DNA from: Candidatus Versatilivorator sp.
GTDB lineage: Bacteria; Acidobacteriota; Terriglobia; Versatilivoradales; Versatilivoraceae
Length of the DNA stretch: 64,000 bases
Direction: 5' to 3'
NCBI GenBank assembly: GCA_965207735.1
Contig: OZ242296.1
Location: 4,896,001 to 4,960,000 of the forward strand
Shown piece after piece: positions 17,875 through 29,000 of this stretch (position 1 is the first letter of the stretch; each line of letters begins with the position of its first letter). Under the pieces are notes generated by a model. The model ran no database searches, had not been told where the DNA came from, and worked only from the letters and a program-made list of their open reading frames with translations. Both the position numbers and the translations under genes were made by a program.

Positions 17875-18864
17875 CTATGCCCCTCCCATGACAGCGTTGA
17901 GAATCGCCCGTTTCACCGCCACCCGGGCCAGTTGAACCTTGTACCCATTCCTGCTCAGAGGTGTGGCTCCGGCAACGGCGGCAGCGCCAGCCTCGGCTGC
18001 CGTGCCTTCATCGATCGACTTGCCTACCAGGCCCTTGGCCGCCTGGTCGGCGTTCCAGGGAACCGGGGCGACGTGACCCAGGACGATGCGGGCCTGCTCC
18101 ACTGTCCCCTCGCTTAGCTTCAAGGCGACCGAGGCCGTGGCCAGCGGCCAGTCCAGTGCTTCCTTTTCCCGAACCTCGTAGGTGGCGTTGAGCGTTTGCC
18201 CGGCCGGGGGAATGTGGATTTCTCCCAGGATCTCGCCGGGCTTCAGGATCGTCTCGCGATCGGATTCCTGCTGCGGGATGCGGAAGAACTCGGCCACCGG
18301 CAGTTCGCGCGAACCGTCCTTGCTGACAATCCGCAGGGATGCGCCCAGGGCGATCAGCGGAGGCCCCAGGCTGGAAGCACTGACGAAGGCCGCCTCTCCC
18401 GAGTTGCCCAGGATGGCGTGGTATTGATTCTCGCCCTGTCGGACCAGGTCCTGTCCGGAGGCATCCTTGGGGAAGTAACCGAAGCCGTTGCGGAAATACC
18501 AGCAGCGCGGCCTCTGGCAAAGGTCGCCGCCAATGGTGCCGAAACTCTGGATCTGCTGGCTTCTGACACCGCCGGCAGCCTGTACCAGCGAAGGATAGTC
18601 CCTTTGGGCCGCCGGATGGTCGATCAGCTCCGACAGGCTGGCCAGGGCTCCCAGGCGCAGGCCGGAGGAGGAGATGTAGTCGATCCCCTGGAATTCCCGA
18701 ATGCCCTGAATGTTCACCACCCGCTTGGGAGTGGCGCCGAACGTCTTCATGAGGCTGAGGAGGTCGGTGCCGCCAGCCAAGACCTCCGCCTCTTCCCACT
18801 GGGCTCCCAGCAACCGGATGGCCTGCTCCTTGGTGGTGGGACTGGCATACTCGAAAGCCTTCAT
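17875..18864 (-). CDS. Xanthine dehydrogenase family FAD-binding subunit (YagS/PaoB-like)
   Basis: FEYASP, AGGTDL, TIGGDLCQRPRCWYFR and NGYKV motifs; ATG 18864 overlaps the upstream TGA. Confidence 0.92.
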   Translation of the reverse strand: MKAFEYASPTTKEQAIRLLGAQWEEAEVLAGGTDLLSLMKTFGATPKRVVNIQGIREFQGIDYISSSGLRLGALASLSELIDHPAAQRDYPSLVQAAGGVRSQQIQSFGTIGGDLCQRPRCWYFRNGFGYFPKDASGQDLVRQGENQYHAILGNSGEAAFVSASSLGPPLIALGASLRIVSKDGSRELPVAEFFRIPQQESDRETILKPGEILGEIHIPPAGQTLNATYEVREKEALDWPLATASVALKLSEGTVEQARIVLGHVAPVPWNADQAAKGLVGKSIDEGTAAEAGAAAVAGATPLSRNGYKVQLARVAVKRAILNAVMGGA

Positions 18865-21020
18865 GCGTAGAGCCCTCCTTTCTCTTCCAGTGCCGCCAGG
18901 ACGCGCCTGGGAATGAAGGGCGCCCGCGGGACCCGCACGCCGATGGCATTGGCCACGGCGTTGCCGATGGCGCCGACCGGCGCGATCACCGGGGGTTCCC
19001 CGAGACCGATCACCCCGCGGGCATCCTGCTCTGCATCCTTCCACATTTCCACGACCAGTTGACCGATGTCTCCCAGGCCCGCCAGCTTGTAGAACTCCAT
19101 CTCACCGTTCAGGAGCGCCCCGGATCGCTCGTCCATGATGCGCTCCTCGGTCAATGCCGAGGAGATCCCCATGATCAACGACCCGTAGACCTGGCTCTCG
19201 GCCAGCTTCTCATTGACGATCAGTCCGCAGTCCTGAATGGCCACGAACTTCTTCATCTTGACCACTCCGGTCTCGGTATCCACCAGGACTTCGGCCATTT
19301 GCACTCCGGCCACCCCGGAATCGATCAGCTTGCCGTCCGAGGCTCGACGGCTGGCGCTGATGTTTCTGCCGGTCACTTCCAGAGGAGTCACCCCCAGACG
19401 GGAGGCAGCCTGTTTCCAGGAAAAACTTCTGAAGGGTTTGCCCTTGACCCGGATGCGGCCGCTTGCGGCCTCCAGCTCGGACGGCTCCACCCCCAGCCTG
19501 GGCGCCACTTTTTCGAAGAGTTCTTCCAGGGCCAGTTGGCAGGCCCGCCGGGTGGCCGCGCAAACGCCGCCGACGGTCGTGCTGCCGCCGGAGGGGCCTG
19601 AACGGGGGTAGTCGGGGGAGCGGCCGGTGTTGACCTTGATGGAATTGACCGGCAATCCAAAGGTCTCGGCGGCCACCATGGCAATGACGGTGGTGGTGCC
19701 GGTTCCGATATCCTGGGTGCCCAGGCTAATGGAAACCGAACCGTCCGGATCGATCACCAAACGGGCCGTGCTGTTGTGGCCCCGTCCTCCCCAGGTGTGA
19801 AAGGCCAGCCCCATCCCCTGCTTGACCGGACCTGCCGTTTCCTGCCCCCTGGCGCGCCACTTCTTCCGCCACCCCATCAGCTCTTGCGCCCGGATCAGCT
19901 GCTTGCGATAGAGGTCGGGCCGCTCGGTGAGGTTGAGGTTCTTGAGGTAGAAATCGAGGGGGTCCATCTCCAACTTGGCCGCCAGGTCGTCAAGGGCGGC
20001 GAAGGTCAACCAGCAGGTCTGAGGATGGTTGGGCGCCCTCCAGGCCCGCGCCGCGCCGGTGTTGGTCGCAATCCCGGTGTGCTTCTTGCGGACATTGGGC
20101 GGGTTTATCACGTAGGGAAGGACCTGCATGGAGATCCCCCCTCCACTCAAGCCGCTGGTGCCCCAGGACTCCGCTTCCCAGGCAGTTAGCGAACCGTCTT
20201 TCTTGGCTCCCACCTTGATCCTGGCGAAACCGGAGGGGCGGACCCCGGCCACGAACAGCTCGGCGTCCCGTTCCAGAAAGTTGCGCACCGGCCTGCCGGT
20301 TTCCCGAGACAGCCTGGCGGTTTCCAGGCCCCAGCTATCGGCCCCGAACTTGCTCCCGTAGCCACCGCCGACGTGATCCTGAACAATGGAGACGTTGGCG
20401 GCCGGGATCTCCAGCGGTTGGGCGAACTGGTTGGCCATCCCGGAAATGTTCTGAGTCGATTGATAAGCCGTGAGCGAGTCCCCGCTCCAATCGATGACCT
20501 GGCCGTGCGGCTCCAGGCAGCAATGGGTGATGACCGGGATCCCATACTCGCCTTCGACCACCGCGTCGGCATCCTGAAAGGCCTGATCGGGGTCGCCCTT
20601 GACCTGTTCCGAAGCCGGTTTGCTGTGGTCGCCGACCTTGGCGGGGTCGTCTTCGTTGACCAGGTGGGGCAGCACTTCGTACTCCACCACGATCCGTCGA
20701 ACCGCGTCCTCAGCGGTGGCTTCATCCACGGCAGCCACCACCGCGATGTCATCCAGGGACCACTGGACCTCCTTGCCCGCACCCTGGATCACCCGCACGG
20801 CCTTGACGCCGGGCAGGCTCTCGGCGGCGCTGGTGTCAATACTGGTAACCCTGGCATGGGCGTGGGGGCAGCGCAGGAACTTGGCGTGCAGGGTTCCAGC
20901 CAGATTGACGTCGGAGGTGTACTTGGCCTTTCCCGTGACTTTGTCGGGGCCGTCGAGCCGACTGACTCGTTTTCCCAGGATTTGGCGTTCGTTCCTGTCA
21001 GGCCATCGATACTCAGGCAT
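18861..21020 (-). CDS. Xanthine dehydrogenase family molybdopterin-binding subunit (YagR/PaoC-like)
   Basis: KVTGKAKY, LEPH, GGGYGSK, WRAP, QDIGTG, SGGST and GLGEP motifs. Confidence 0.94.
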   Translation of the reverse strand: MPEYRWPDRNERQILGKRVSRLDGPDKVTGKAKYTSDVNLAGTLHAKFLRCPHAHARVTSIDTSAAESLPGVKAVRVIQGAGKEVQWSLDDIAVVAAVDEATAEDAVRRIVVEYEVLPHLVNEDDPAKVGDHSKPASEQVKGDPDQAFQDADAVVEGEYGIPVITHCCLEPHGQVIDWSGDSLTAYQSTQNISGMANQFAQPLEIPAANVSIVQDHVGGGYGSKFGADSWGLETARLSRETGRPVRNFLERDAELFVAGVRPSGFARIKVGAKKDGSLTAWEAESWGTSGLSGGGISMQVLPYVINPPNVRKKHTGIATNTGAARAWRAPNHPQTCWLTFAALDDLAAKLEMDPLDFYLKNLNLTERPDLYRKQLIRAQELMGWRKKWRARGQETAGPVKQGMGLAFHTWGGRGHNSTARLVIDPDGSVSISLGTQDIGTGTTTVIAMVAAETFGLPVNSIKVNTGRSPDYPRSGPSGGSTTVGGVCAATRRACQLALEELFEKVAPRLGVEPSELEAASGRIRVKGKPFRSFSWKQAASRLGVTPLEVTGRNISASRRASDGKLIDSGVAGVQMAEVLVDTETGVVKMKKFVAIQDCGLIVNEKLAESQVYGSLIMGISSALTEERIMDERSGALLNGEMEFYKLAGLGDIGQLVVEMWKDAEQDARGVIGLGEPPVIAPVGAIGNAVANAIGVRVPRAPFIPRRVLAALEEKGGLYA

Positions 21021-21672
21021 GGTTCCTCCCTTCGCCGACCAGGCTGCCGGTTTGACTCTCTGACGACTGCAGCACGGCCTGGGCCACGCCCACGTAGGTT
21101 CCGCAGCGACAGAGGTTGCCTCCCAGACCGGTCCGGACCTGGTCCAAGGTGGGGTTGGGGTTCTTGTCGAGAAAGGCCTTGCAGGCCATCACGAACCCGG
21201 GCGTACAATAGCCGCACTGTTGGGCGTCGTTGTCGACGAAGGCCTGTTGAATCGGATGCAATCGGTCGCCCTGGGCCAGCCCCTCCACCGTCCGGATGTC
21301 CTTCGCCTGGGCCTGGATGGCCAGAACGGAGCAGGCATAGGCGGGTTTACCGTCGATGGTGACCGTGCAGGCCCCGCAGGTGCCGCGGTCGCAGACTTTC
21401 TTGGCCCCGGTGAGATCCAGTTCGAAGCGAAGCGCATCCAGCAGGGTGATGCGGGGTTCCAGCGCCAGCGTTCTCTCGGCTCCGTTCACCTTGAGGGTGA
21501 TGTCGACCTTGCCCGGACCGACCACCGGAGTCCCCGTGGATTCCGGAGCGGCGCGCAACGCCTCGGTTCCGGCTACCAGGCTGGAGGAAATCACGGCTCC
21601 GGCGCCGCTGAGGAAGCCTCTGCGCGATACCTCGAGCGCGCCCTTGGCTTCGGGCTCTTTGGGTTTTGGCAT
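21013..21672 (-). CDS. [2Fe-2S] subunit with Tat signal (YagT/PaoA-like)
   Basis: SRRGFL twin-arginine motif; CDRGTCGACT, QCGYCTPG and CRCG. Confidence 0.95.
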   Translation of the reverse strand: MPKPKEPEAKGALEVSRRGFLSGAGAVISSSLVAGTEALRAAPESTGTPVVGPGKVDITLKVNGAERTLALEPRITLLDALRFELDLTGAKKVCDRGTCGACTVTIDGKPAYACSVLAIQAQAKDIRTVEGLAQGDRLHPIQQAFVDNDAQQCGYCTPGFVMACKAFLDKNPNPTLDQVRTGLGGNLCRCGTYVGVAQAVLQSSESQTGSLVGEGRNHA

Positions 21673-21819
21673 GCGTTACCTCCTGAGGGGGAAGACCATC
21701 GCTTTCGCAAAGCAGGCCGTAGCTGCCGACAGGCGTCTCACGGGCCGATATCCGGCCCTGGCGGACCGCCGGCCTTTGGTGATTTAGCGTTGATTCCGTA
21801 TGAAGCTAGAGAGCCTTGC

Positions 21820-21849
21820 ATCATAGAGGCAGGCTTTCTCGGTTGTCAA
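21820..21849 (-). promoter_or_regulatory. Putative sigma70 promoter of the molybdoenzyme operon
   Basis: Minus strand TTGACA (21849-21844), 18-bp spacer, TATGAT (21825-21820). Confidence 0.55.
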
Positions 21850-21930
21850 CTTCTATCCGACCGGGTCAGTCGGGACCGGTCCGGCCCCTGGCGGAGCCGG
21901 AAGGCTTGAAGGGTTGTCGGCGGAAGCTTT

Positions 21931-21985
21931 AGCCTGAAACCCCGGCAAAAAGGACCGGAGACCCCGGAAGCATCCCATGCAAAAG
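21931..21985 (+). other. 55-bp relic of the group II intron (domain IV region)
   Basis: agcctgaaaccccg...ccggagaccccggaagcatcccatgcaaaag aligns with 46548-46604 with a few mismatches and a short indel. Confidence 0.75.
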
Positions 21986-22830
21986 ACAACTGACCGGAAT
22001 CCCACCATCGATCGTGTCCAGGTGCAGCTTATAGCCGATCCAACTCTCCTGATGCCCCTTGGCGTTGAGCTTGACGCCGACGTCGCAGACCTTGGGCAGG
22101 TCCTTCAGCATCTCCTCCAGCGTCATCGCCGTCTGCCGTTCGAGTCGGCGCGGCTCCTTTGCCTGTCGCTCGCCCTTCGGCGGCCGGCCCCGCCAGCGCT
22201 TCAGCCGGGCCGTCCGGCCGGGCTTGGGCACCGGCGACTCCCGTCCCACGATGGCGGTCGAGTCCCTCGAAACGTGGCCCGCCAGCGTCCATTCCAGCAG
22301 CGCCTCGTGCCAACGCCCCGCCAAGTCGCTCTCAGCAAACTCCGCAAACGCACGCGAGAAGGTCGCCTCGCTCGGCACCGCCCCCGCCACCTCCCAGCCG
22401 CACAGCCGGCGCAGGGTGCCATCGGTCCGCAGACGCTCCACCAGCCCCCGGGTGGTTGCCACGTTCAGCACCGCCTTCGCCAGGAAGGCCCGGGCCAGCG
22501 CTGCCCGATCCTTCAGCGGCCGGCCCCGCCACCCCTTGCTGTAGGGCAGCGACTCTTCCACCCCCACCAGTTCCAGCACCCGGACAAGCCTCTGGTAGCG
22601 CTCGCCCAGGGGGCCCACAACCTCCTCCAGCCAGGGGAACAGCTCCCGTTGAAACCGGAACCAATGTCGTGATAGGGTTTGTCTGAGGGGCACGTTCAAT
22701 CTCCATTCATCATGTGGTTTAGACACCTTCATGATACAACAGAGAGTGGTCTTGCCCCTCTACTTACCTATCCTCCCCTACCCCTCACGTTATCAAAATC
22801 CCCCTTCTTGCCCGTTTTTGCAAAAGGCTT
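21984..22830 (-). pseudogene. Truncated, diverged relative of the IS at 32490/41460 (IS4/IS5-like DDE transposase fragment)
   Basis: Protein MKVSKPHDEWR...GYKLHLDTIDGGIPVSCL is similar to the 391-aa transposase but stops early; one IR (ttttgcaaaaggct) at ~22816-22829. Confidence 0.85.
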
Positions 22831-23007
22831 GAAGATACAGGTGATCCATACGATTGGGACGATTTTCTTTCGGTTTCAACTAAAGATCCAGCAATAACCC
22901 ACGTGGGCGACGTGTGCAGCTTTGTTGCAATCCGAAGATTGATACACGGACTCCATCCGTCAGACTTTCCGAACGGCTTCGCTTGGCGCGCTGGATGGTG
23001 TGACACC

Positions 23008-26000
23008 ATGCGCCGCAAGCATCACCGGTGCCATTCGGGGTGCTTCACCCGTCTTGCAAGCCTTGCTCGATCCCTGACTGCCCACTCGGCGGCGGGACTG
23101 CTGCTGACGCTCGCTACGCTGCCAGTGATCACGTCGGCGCAGGGCAACCCGCAATCGGTCACCTACCGGGTGACCTTTGAAGCCAAATTCACCGCAAGTG
23201 CCCTTGCCAGCGGGGTATCGGTCCCGTCTGGTGCGCATTTCACGACCTTGATCGGCGCCGTGCACAACGGAAGCGCCACTTTCTGGAGCGATGGAGGTAC
23301 GGCCAGCGCAGGGATCGAGAGCATGGCGGAAGTTGGGGGAACGAGCGCCCTCAAGTCCGAGATCAACGCCGCCGGCTCGAATGCTCTCGCCGTCATCGAG
23401 CAGTCCATCGCATCGGGCGGGACAGCCACGGCTACGGTAGACATCACGCTCACCACAGACCATCCTCTGGTCACCCTGACCTCGATGGTCGCCCCCAGCC
23501 CGGACTGGTTCGTCGGTGTCTCGGGGCTGTCCCTGCGCAATACGGCCGATGACGGCTGGCAGCCGACCCTCACGGTGAACCTGTTTCCCTGGGACGCCGG
23601 GACCGAGGAGGGAACCGAGTTCTCTTTGTCGAACTCCGCGACCTCGCCGCAGGGAACCATCACCAGCATCAAGGGAATGGGCAAGTTTTCAGACGAACCG
23701 ATCGCAACGCTTACTTTCGATCTCCTGTCGGCGCCGGAGATCACGACGACCTCACCGATTCTCGTATCGGAAAACGAGACGGCGGTAGCCACGCTCACTG
23801 CAGACGACAGCGACACGACCGCAGGGGAGCTGATCTGGTCGAAGACGGGCGGAGCCGACTCGGACAAGTTTTCACTCACTGAGGCCGGCGTCCTCACCTT
23901 CAGTTCGGCCAAGGACTACGAGGCCCCGGACGACGCCGACACGGACCGCACCTACGAAGTGACCGTGCAGGTGAGCGACGGGACCGATTCGGACATGGCG
24001 GAGTTGCTCGTGACGCTCCAGAACGTCACCGAGCTCACGGCGATCACCGGGCCGGAGAGCGTCACCTTCCCGGAGAACAGTTGGTCGCGGGCGGCGACCT
24101 TCACGGCGTCCTCGGAGGAGGACCGGGCCGGCATCGAGTGGATCCTCGGCGGGACCGACAGTGACCACTTCAGCATCGACAACCCGGCCGGCGCGCTGCG
24201 GTTCGCCCTCGACGAGGTCTCCCCGCGGATCTTCTCCGAGCCGCCCGACTTTGAGGCGCCGGTCGACGGCGACGCGGCCAACACCTACGAGCTGACGCTG
24301 TTCGGGAGAGCCGGCACGTCCGTTACGGACACGCGGACCTTGACGGTGACCGTTACCGACGAGGACGAGGAAGGGGAGTTGTCGCTGTCTTCGACCCTTC
24401 CCGCGCTGGGGGCCGAGCTGACCGCCGACCTCAGCGACCCGGACGGCGTGACCGACTCGACGGCGGTCTGGCAGTGGGAGCGGTCGACGGGCCGCAACTC
24501 CTGGGCCGTGATCGACGGCGCCGATGCGGCGAGCTACACGCCGGTGGCGGCGGACGCGAACACGTTTCTGCGGGTGACGGCGACCTACGATGACGAGCAC
24601 GGGACCGGCAAGACGGTCAGCGAGGTGGCGCCCAACGTGGTCACGGGGCCCCTGTTGACGGGTCTGACGGCGGAGACCGGCAACTCCCAGGCCGACACCG
24701 CGCGGGGCCTGTATCCGGCCTTCGACGCGCAGACGCTTCACTACGGCATCGGGTGCAACGGCACCGACACGATGGTCCTGACCGTGTCGGCGCCGGCGAA
24801 CGCGCGCGTGGCGGTGGACGGCGTGCAGGCCGGAAGCGCGCCCATGTCAGTGGACGTGTCCGAGGATAGCGACGTGGCGATCCGCGTGACCGAGGCGAGC
24901 GGCGCCGCCACGGCCTACGTCGTGCACTGCCTGGCGAACGTGTTCTTCGAAATCGAGATGCACACGTTCCCGGGCACTGACGCGTTCGAGGATCTGATCC
25001 TGCTCAACCGCGGGGGCTACTTCAGACTGATGGACCGTAACGGGGTGCCGCGATTCCGCCGCGCCTACTCGACTCTGGGACCGTTCGCCATCAGGTTCTA
25101 CCGGATCGGTGCCGACGGTGCGTACCGCTACGGGTTCTACCTGGATTCCGCCTACACCATCCTCGACGAGAACTTCGAGGTCGTTGCCGGCGGCGTGAGT
25201 GTCGTGGCGCCGTTGACCGTGTTGGGCTACCACGACTTCCAGATTCTGGAGGACGGCAACTACCTGCTCATGACATTCGAACCGGCGACGCGCGACTTCA
25301 GAGACATCGATCTGCCGCCTCCCGCCGATTCGACTGTTGATCTCTCCGCCGTCAGCGTCCGGGACTCGGCGTTCCAGATCGTCACGCCGGGGGGGGAAGC
25401 CGCATTCACCTGGAACTCCTGGGGCAACATAGCCATCGAGGATTGCGTGTCACACTACTTCCCCGTGACTCTCTCCACCGATCCCGATGCGAGGAGTCCC
25501 CGAACAAGCTACTCGCATATCAACGGGATGCACGTGGTTGACGGCGTCCTCGCCGCCTCGCTGCGGGGTTGCTCGAAGGTGTTGGCCATAGACGTGGAAC
25601 CCGGCGCTACGCGAGGAGACGTGCTGTGGCGGATGGGCCGCACCAACCTGAGCGACGCGGAATGGGCGGCGCGCGACATCGGCCCGCGGCCGCTGGACTT
25701 CGTCAACGATCCCGAAGGCGAGTTCTGCGGCCAGCACACGGCGCGCTTCCTGCCCAGCGGCAACGTCTTCCTCTTCGACAACGGCGTAGAGTGCGTGATC
25801 GACCCGTGGACGTTCGAGGAGTTGGGCCGCGAAGGGAACGACTTCAGCCGCGCGGTGGAGTACGCGCTCGACCTCGACAACCACGAGGCGGTCTTCGTGC
25901 GCGATCACTCCCTGCGGGGCGAGCGGGCCCACGTTGGCTACGCCACCGGCAACGTCAATGCGCTCGACAACGGCGACTGGCTGGTGAGCTGGGGCCGGGT

Positions 26001-29000
26001 TCTCGACGAGAATGACCGCTTTCCGGACAACGAGATGGCCACGCTGGTCGATCCCGCCACCGGTCAGGAGAAGCTGGGCATCCGCTTCAGGGAGTTGCCC
26101 GCCCTTGCGAGTGCGCGCCGCATCAGCCCGAGCGTGGCCCCGGCCGAAGCCCTGGCACCGCAACCCGTCCCCCTTGCGGCGGAGTTCCCGGTCAGCGACC
26201 ACACCTCGCTTCTCCATACGGGCGCTGGGGACGCGCCGCAGGTGGTCGTCGCCTTCAACCGGCCCGTGGTGGACTTCGACGAGACCTCCCCGTCGCTGAG
26301 CGTCACAGGCGCCACGATTGCAAGCGTCAGCCCACACCGAGTGGCCGGTGAGGCGGCCAACGCCTATGTTGTCACCCTGACGCCCGCCGGCGCCGGCGAC
26401 ATCACCTTCGGCCTGGTGGCCGATCAGACCTGCGCCGGTGACGGCATCTGCACGGCCGACGGCGCCGAGGTCTCGGAAGTGCCCGCATCACAGGTCATCC
26501 GTGCGGATACGACTCCCCCGGAGGTGAGCAGGAACGAGGTCAGCTCGAACCCGGGGACGGACCGGACGTATGCGGCGGGAGACCGGATTCGGGTGACGGT
26601 GACCTTCAGCGAGACGGTGGAGGTGACGGGGATGCCGCAGTTGAGGCTGGAGGTGGGAGGAGGGACGCGAACGGCGACCTATGAAGGCGGCTCGGGAACG
26701 GCGGCTCTGGTGTTCGGCCACACAGTCGCTGGGGGGGAAAGCGGCACGGACGGAGTGGGGGTTGAGGCCGACAGCCTGTCGCTGAACGGAGGGATGATCC
26801 GGGACGTTGCGGGCAATGACGCGGTGCTGGACCATGAGGCGGTGGCTGCCAACGCGAGTCACAAGGTGGACGGGGTCAAGCCGCGCCTGGCCTCGACCGG
26901 CGGAGCGGTGGTCGATGGGACGATGCTGACGCTGACCTACGACGAGCCGCTCGACCGGAGCTCAACGCCCGATGCGGGAGACTTCACGGTGTCGGGAGGC
27001 GATCAGACCCGGACGGTCACCCGGGTTTCAGTGAGCGGAAGCGCGGTGGCGCTGACCCTGAGTGTGGGAGCCGAGCACGAGGAGGTGGGGATCCAGGTGA
27101 GCTACACGCCTGGGACAAACAAGATCCGGGACGTGCCCGGCAACGAAGCGGAGGCGCTCAGCCGCCAAGCGGTGACGAACGAAACGCCCGACACGACCGC
27201 TCCAGAGGTAAGCAGTCTGTCCATCAGTTCGAACCCGGAAGCTGACGAGACTTATGCAGCAGGGGACGAGATCGAGGTGACGGTGACCTTCAACGAGACG
27301 GTGAAGGTGACGGGGACGCCGCAGTTGACGCTGAGAGTCGGGAACCGGAACCGGCCGGCCGGCTACGACAGAGGTACGGATACGGAGGCGCTGGTGTTTG
27401 CCTATGAGGTAGCCGATGGCGACGAAGACACTGACGGGGTCAGTGTGCAGGCAAACCGACTGAGGCTCAACGGAGGGACCATCAAGGACGAGGCGGAGAA
27501 TGCGGCGGAGCTGGCTCACGAGGCGGCAGCGGCCGACACGGGGCACCAGGTGGACGGGGTGCGGCCGGCGTTTGTGAGCGCGGCGGTGGACGGGGCCTCG
27601 CTGACGCTGACTTACCGGGAGGCGCTGGATGGGGGGTCGAGGCCCGCGTCGGGGGACTTCGCGGTGACGGTGGATGGGTCTGCGAGAACGGTTTCCGGAG
27701 TGTCGATCGGCGGGAGCGTGGTGACGCTGACCCTCGACACGGCGGTCGAGCACGGGGATACGGGGATTTGGGTGAGCTACACAGCGGGGACCAACCCGAT
27801 TCAGGACGAGGTGGGCAATGACGCAGCGGGGTTGAGCAACCGGTCGGTGACCAACACGACGGGAGCGCCGAACACGGATCCGGAGATCACGAGTTCGAGT
27901 GCGATTAGTGTTCCGGAGAACCAGGTGCTGGTGAGGCGGTTGGCAGGAAGGGACACCGACCTGGGGGACGAGGTGACGGAATGGGCGATCACGGGCGGGG
28001 CCGACCAGGGGCAGTTCGAGATCACCTCGGATATGGGAGAGCTGAGCTTCCGGGATCCTCCGGATTTCGAAGCTCCCGGAGACAACGAGTACGAGGTAAC
28101 GGTGGAAGCGACCAGCGGAGCGGGCGGAAGGGAGCTGACGGTGGAGAAGACCTTCACGATCACGGTGACGGATGAGCGGGAACCTCCTGGCGTTCCGGAC
28201 GCACCCACGTTTTCGGGGGAGACGGCAAACAGCCTGACGGTGAGCTGGAGCGAGCCGGACAACACCGGCCCTCCCATCACCGACTATGACGTGCAGTACC
28301 GGGAAAAGGACAGGGGGGGCTTCCGAGACGGAGGCCACGAGGGGCCGGGTCTCAGCTTGACGCTTTCCGACCTCGAGCCGGGGACGGACTACGAGGTGCA
28401 GATCAAGGCCAGAAACGACGAGGGGGCGAGCGACTGGTCGGCCTCGGGCGAGGGGATGACCGTGACGCCGCTGACGGTCGTGATGACGAGCGGGACCGAG
28501 CCTCCGGTGTCGGGTTCGTTTATGGTGAGAATCAGCTTCTCTGAGCCGGTGTCGGGGTTCAGCGGGAGCGACATCGAATCCGACCAGGATCCTGAGTGCA
28601 CGGACGATCTGAACAATGCGGTGTTCTGCGATCCGGGGATCGGGGCTCTGCAGACGGCCGACGACCGGGTCTACACCACCACGGTGACGCCGGAGACCAG
28701 CGGTGTGGCCCACAGCTACGCGTTGACGCTGACACTTCCGGCAGACGCAGTGAGGTCGTCGGTAGACAGCAAGCCCAACGAGGAACCCGAGGAGCCGCTG
28801 GCGGTGCGGGTGTCGCCGCCGGGGGCGCCCGAGGCGATTTCAACTTTGAGTCCGGAAGCCAATGGGGCAAACGGATCGGTGAGGTTGAGCTGGAACCGGC
28901 CGTCGGATAACGGAGGCTCTCCGATCATCCGCTACGAGTACCGGCACGCGGCTACCGGGGAGGCGTGGAGCGAGTGGGGAAGCGTGGGAGCGGGGTCGAG

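Noticed and set aside
17875-19044. 389-aa version of the FAD subunit
   Set aside because: The extension overlaps the molybdopterin subunit; family similarity starts at ATG 18864.
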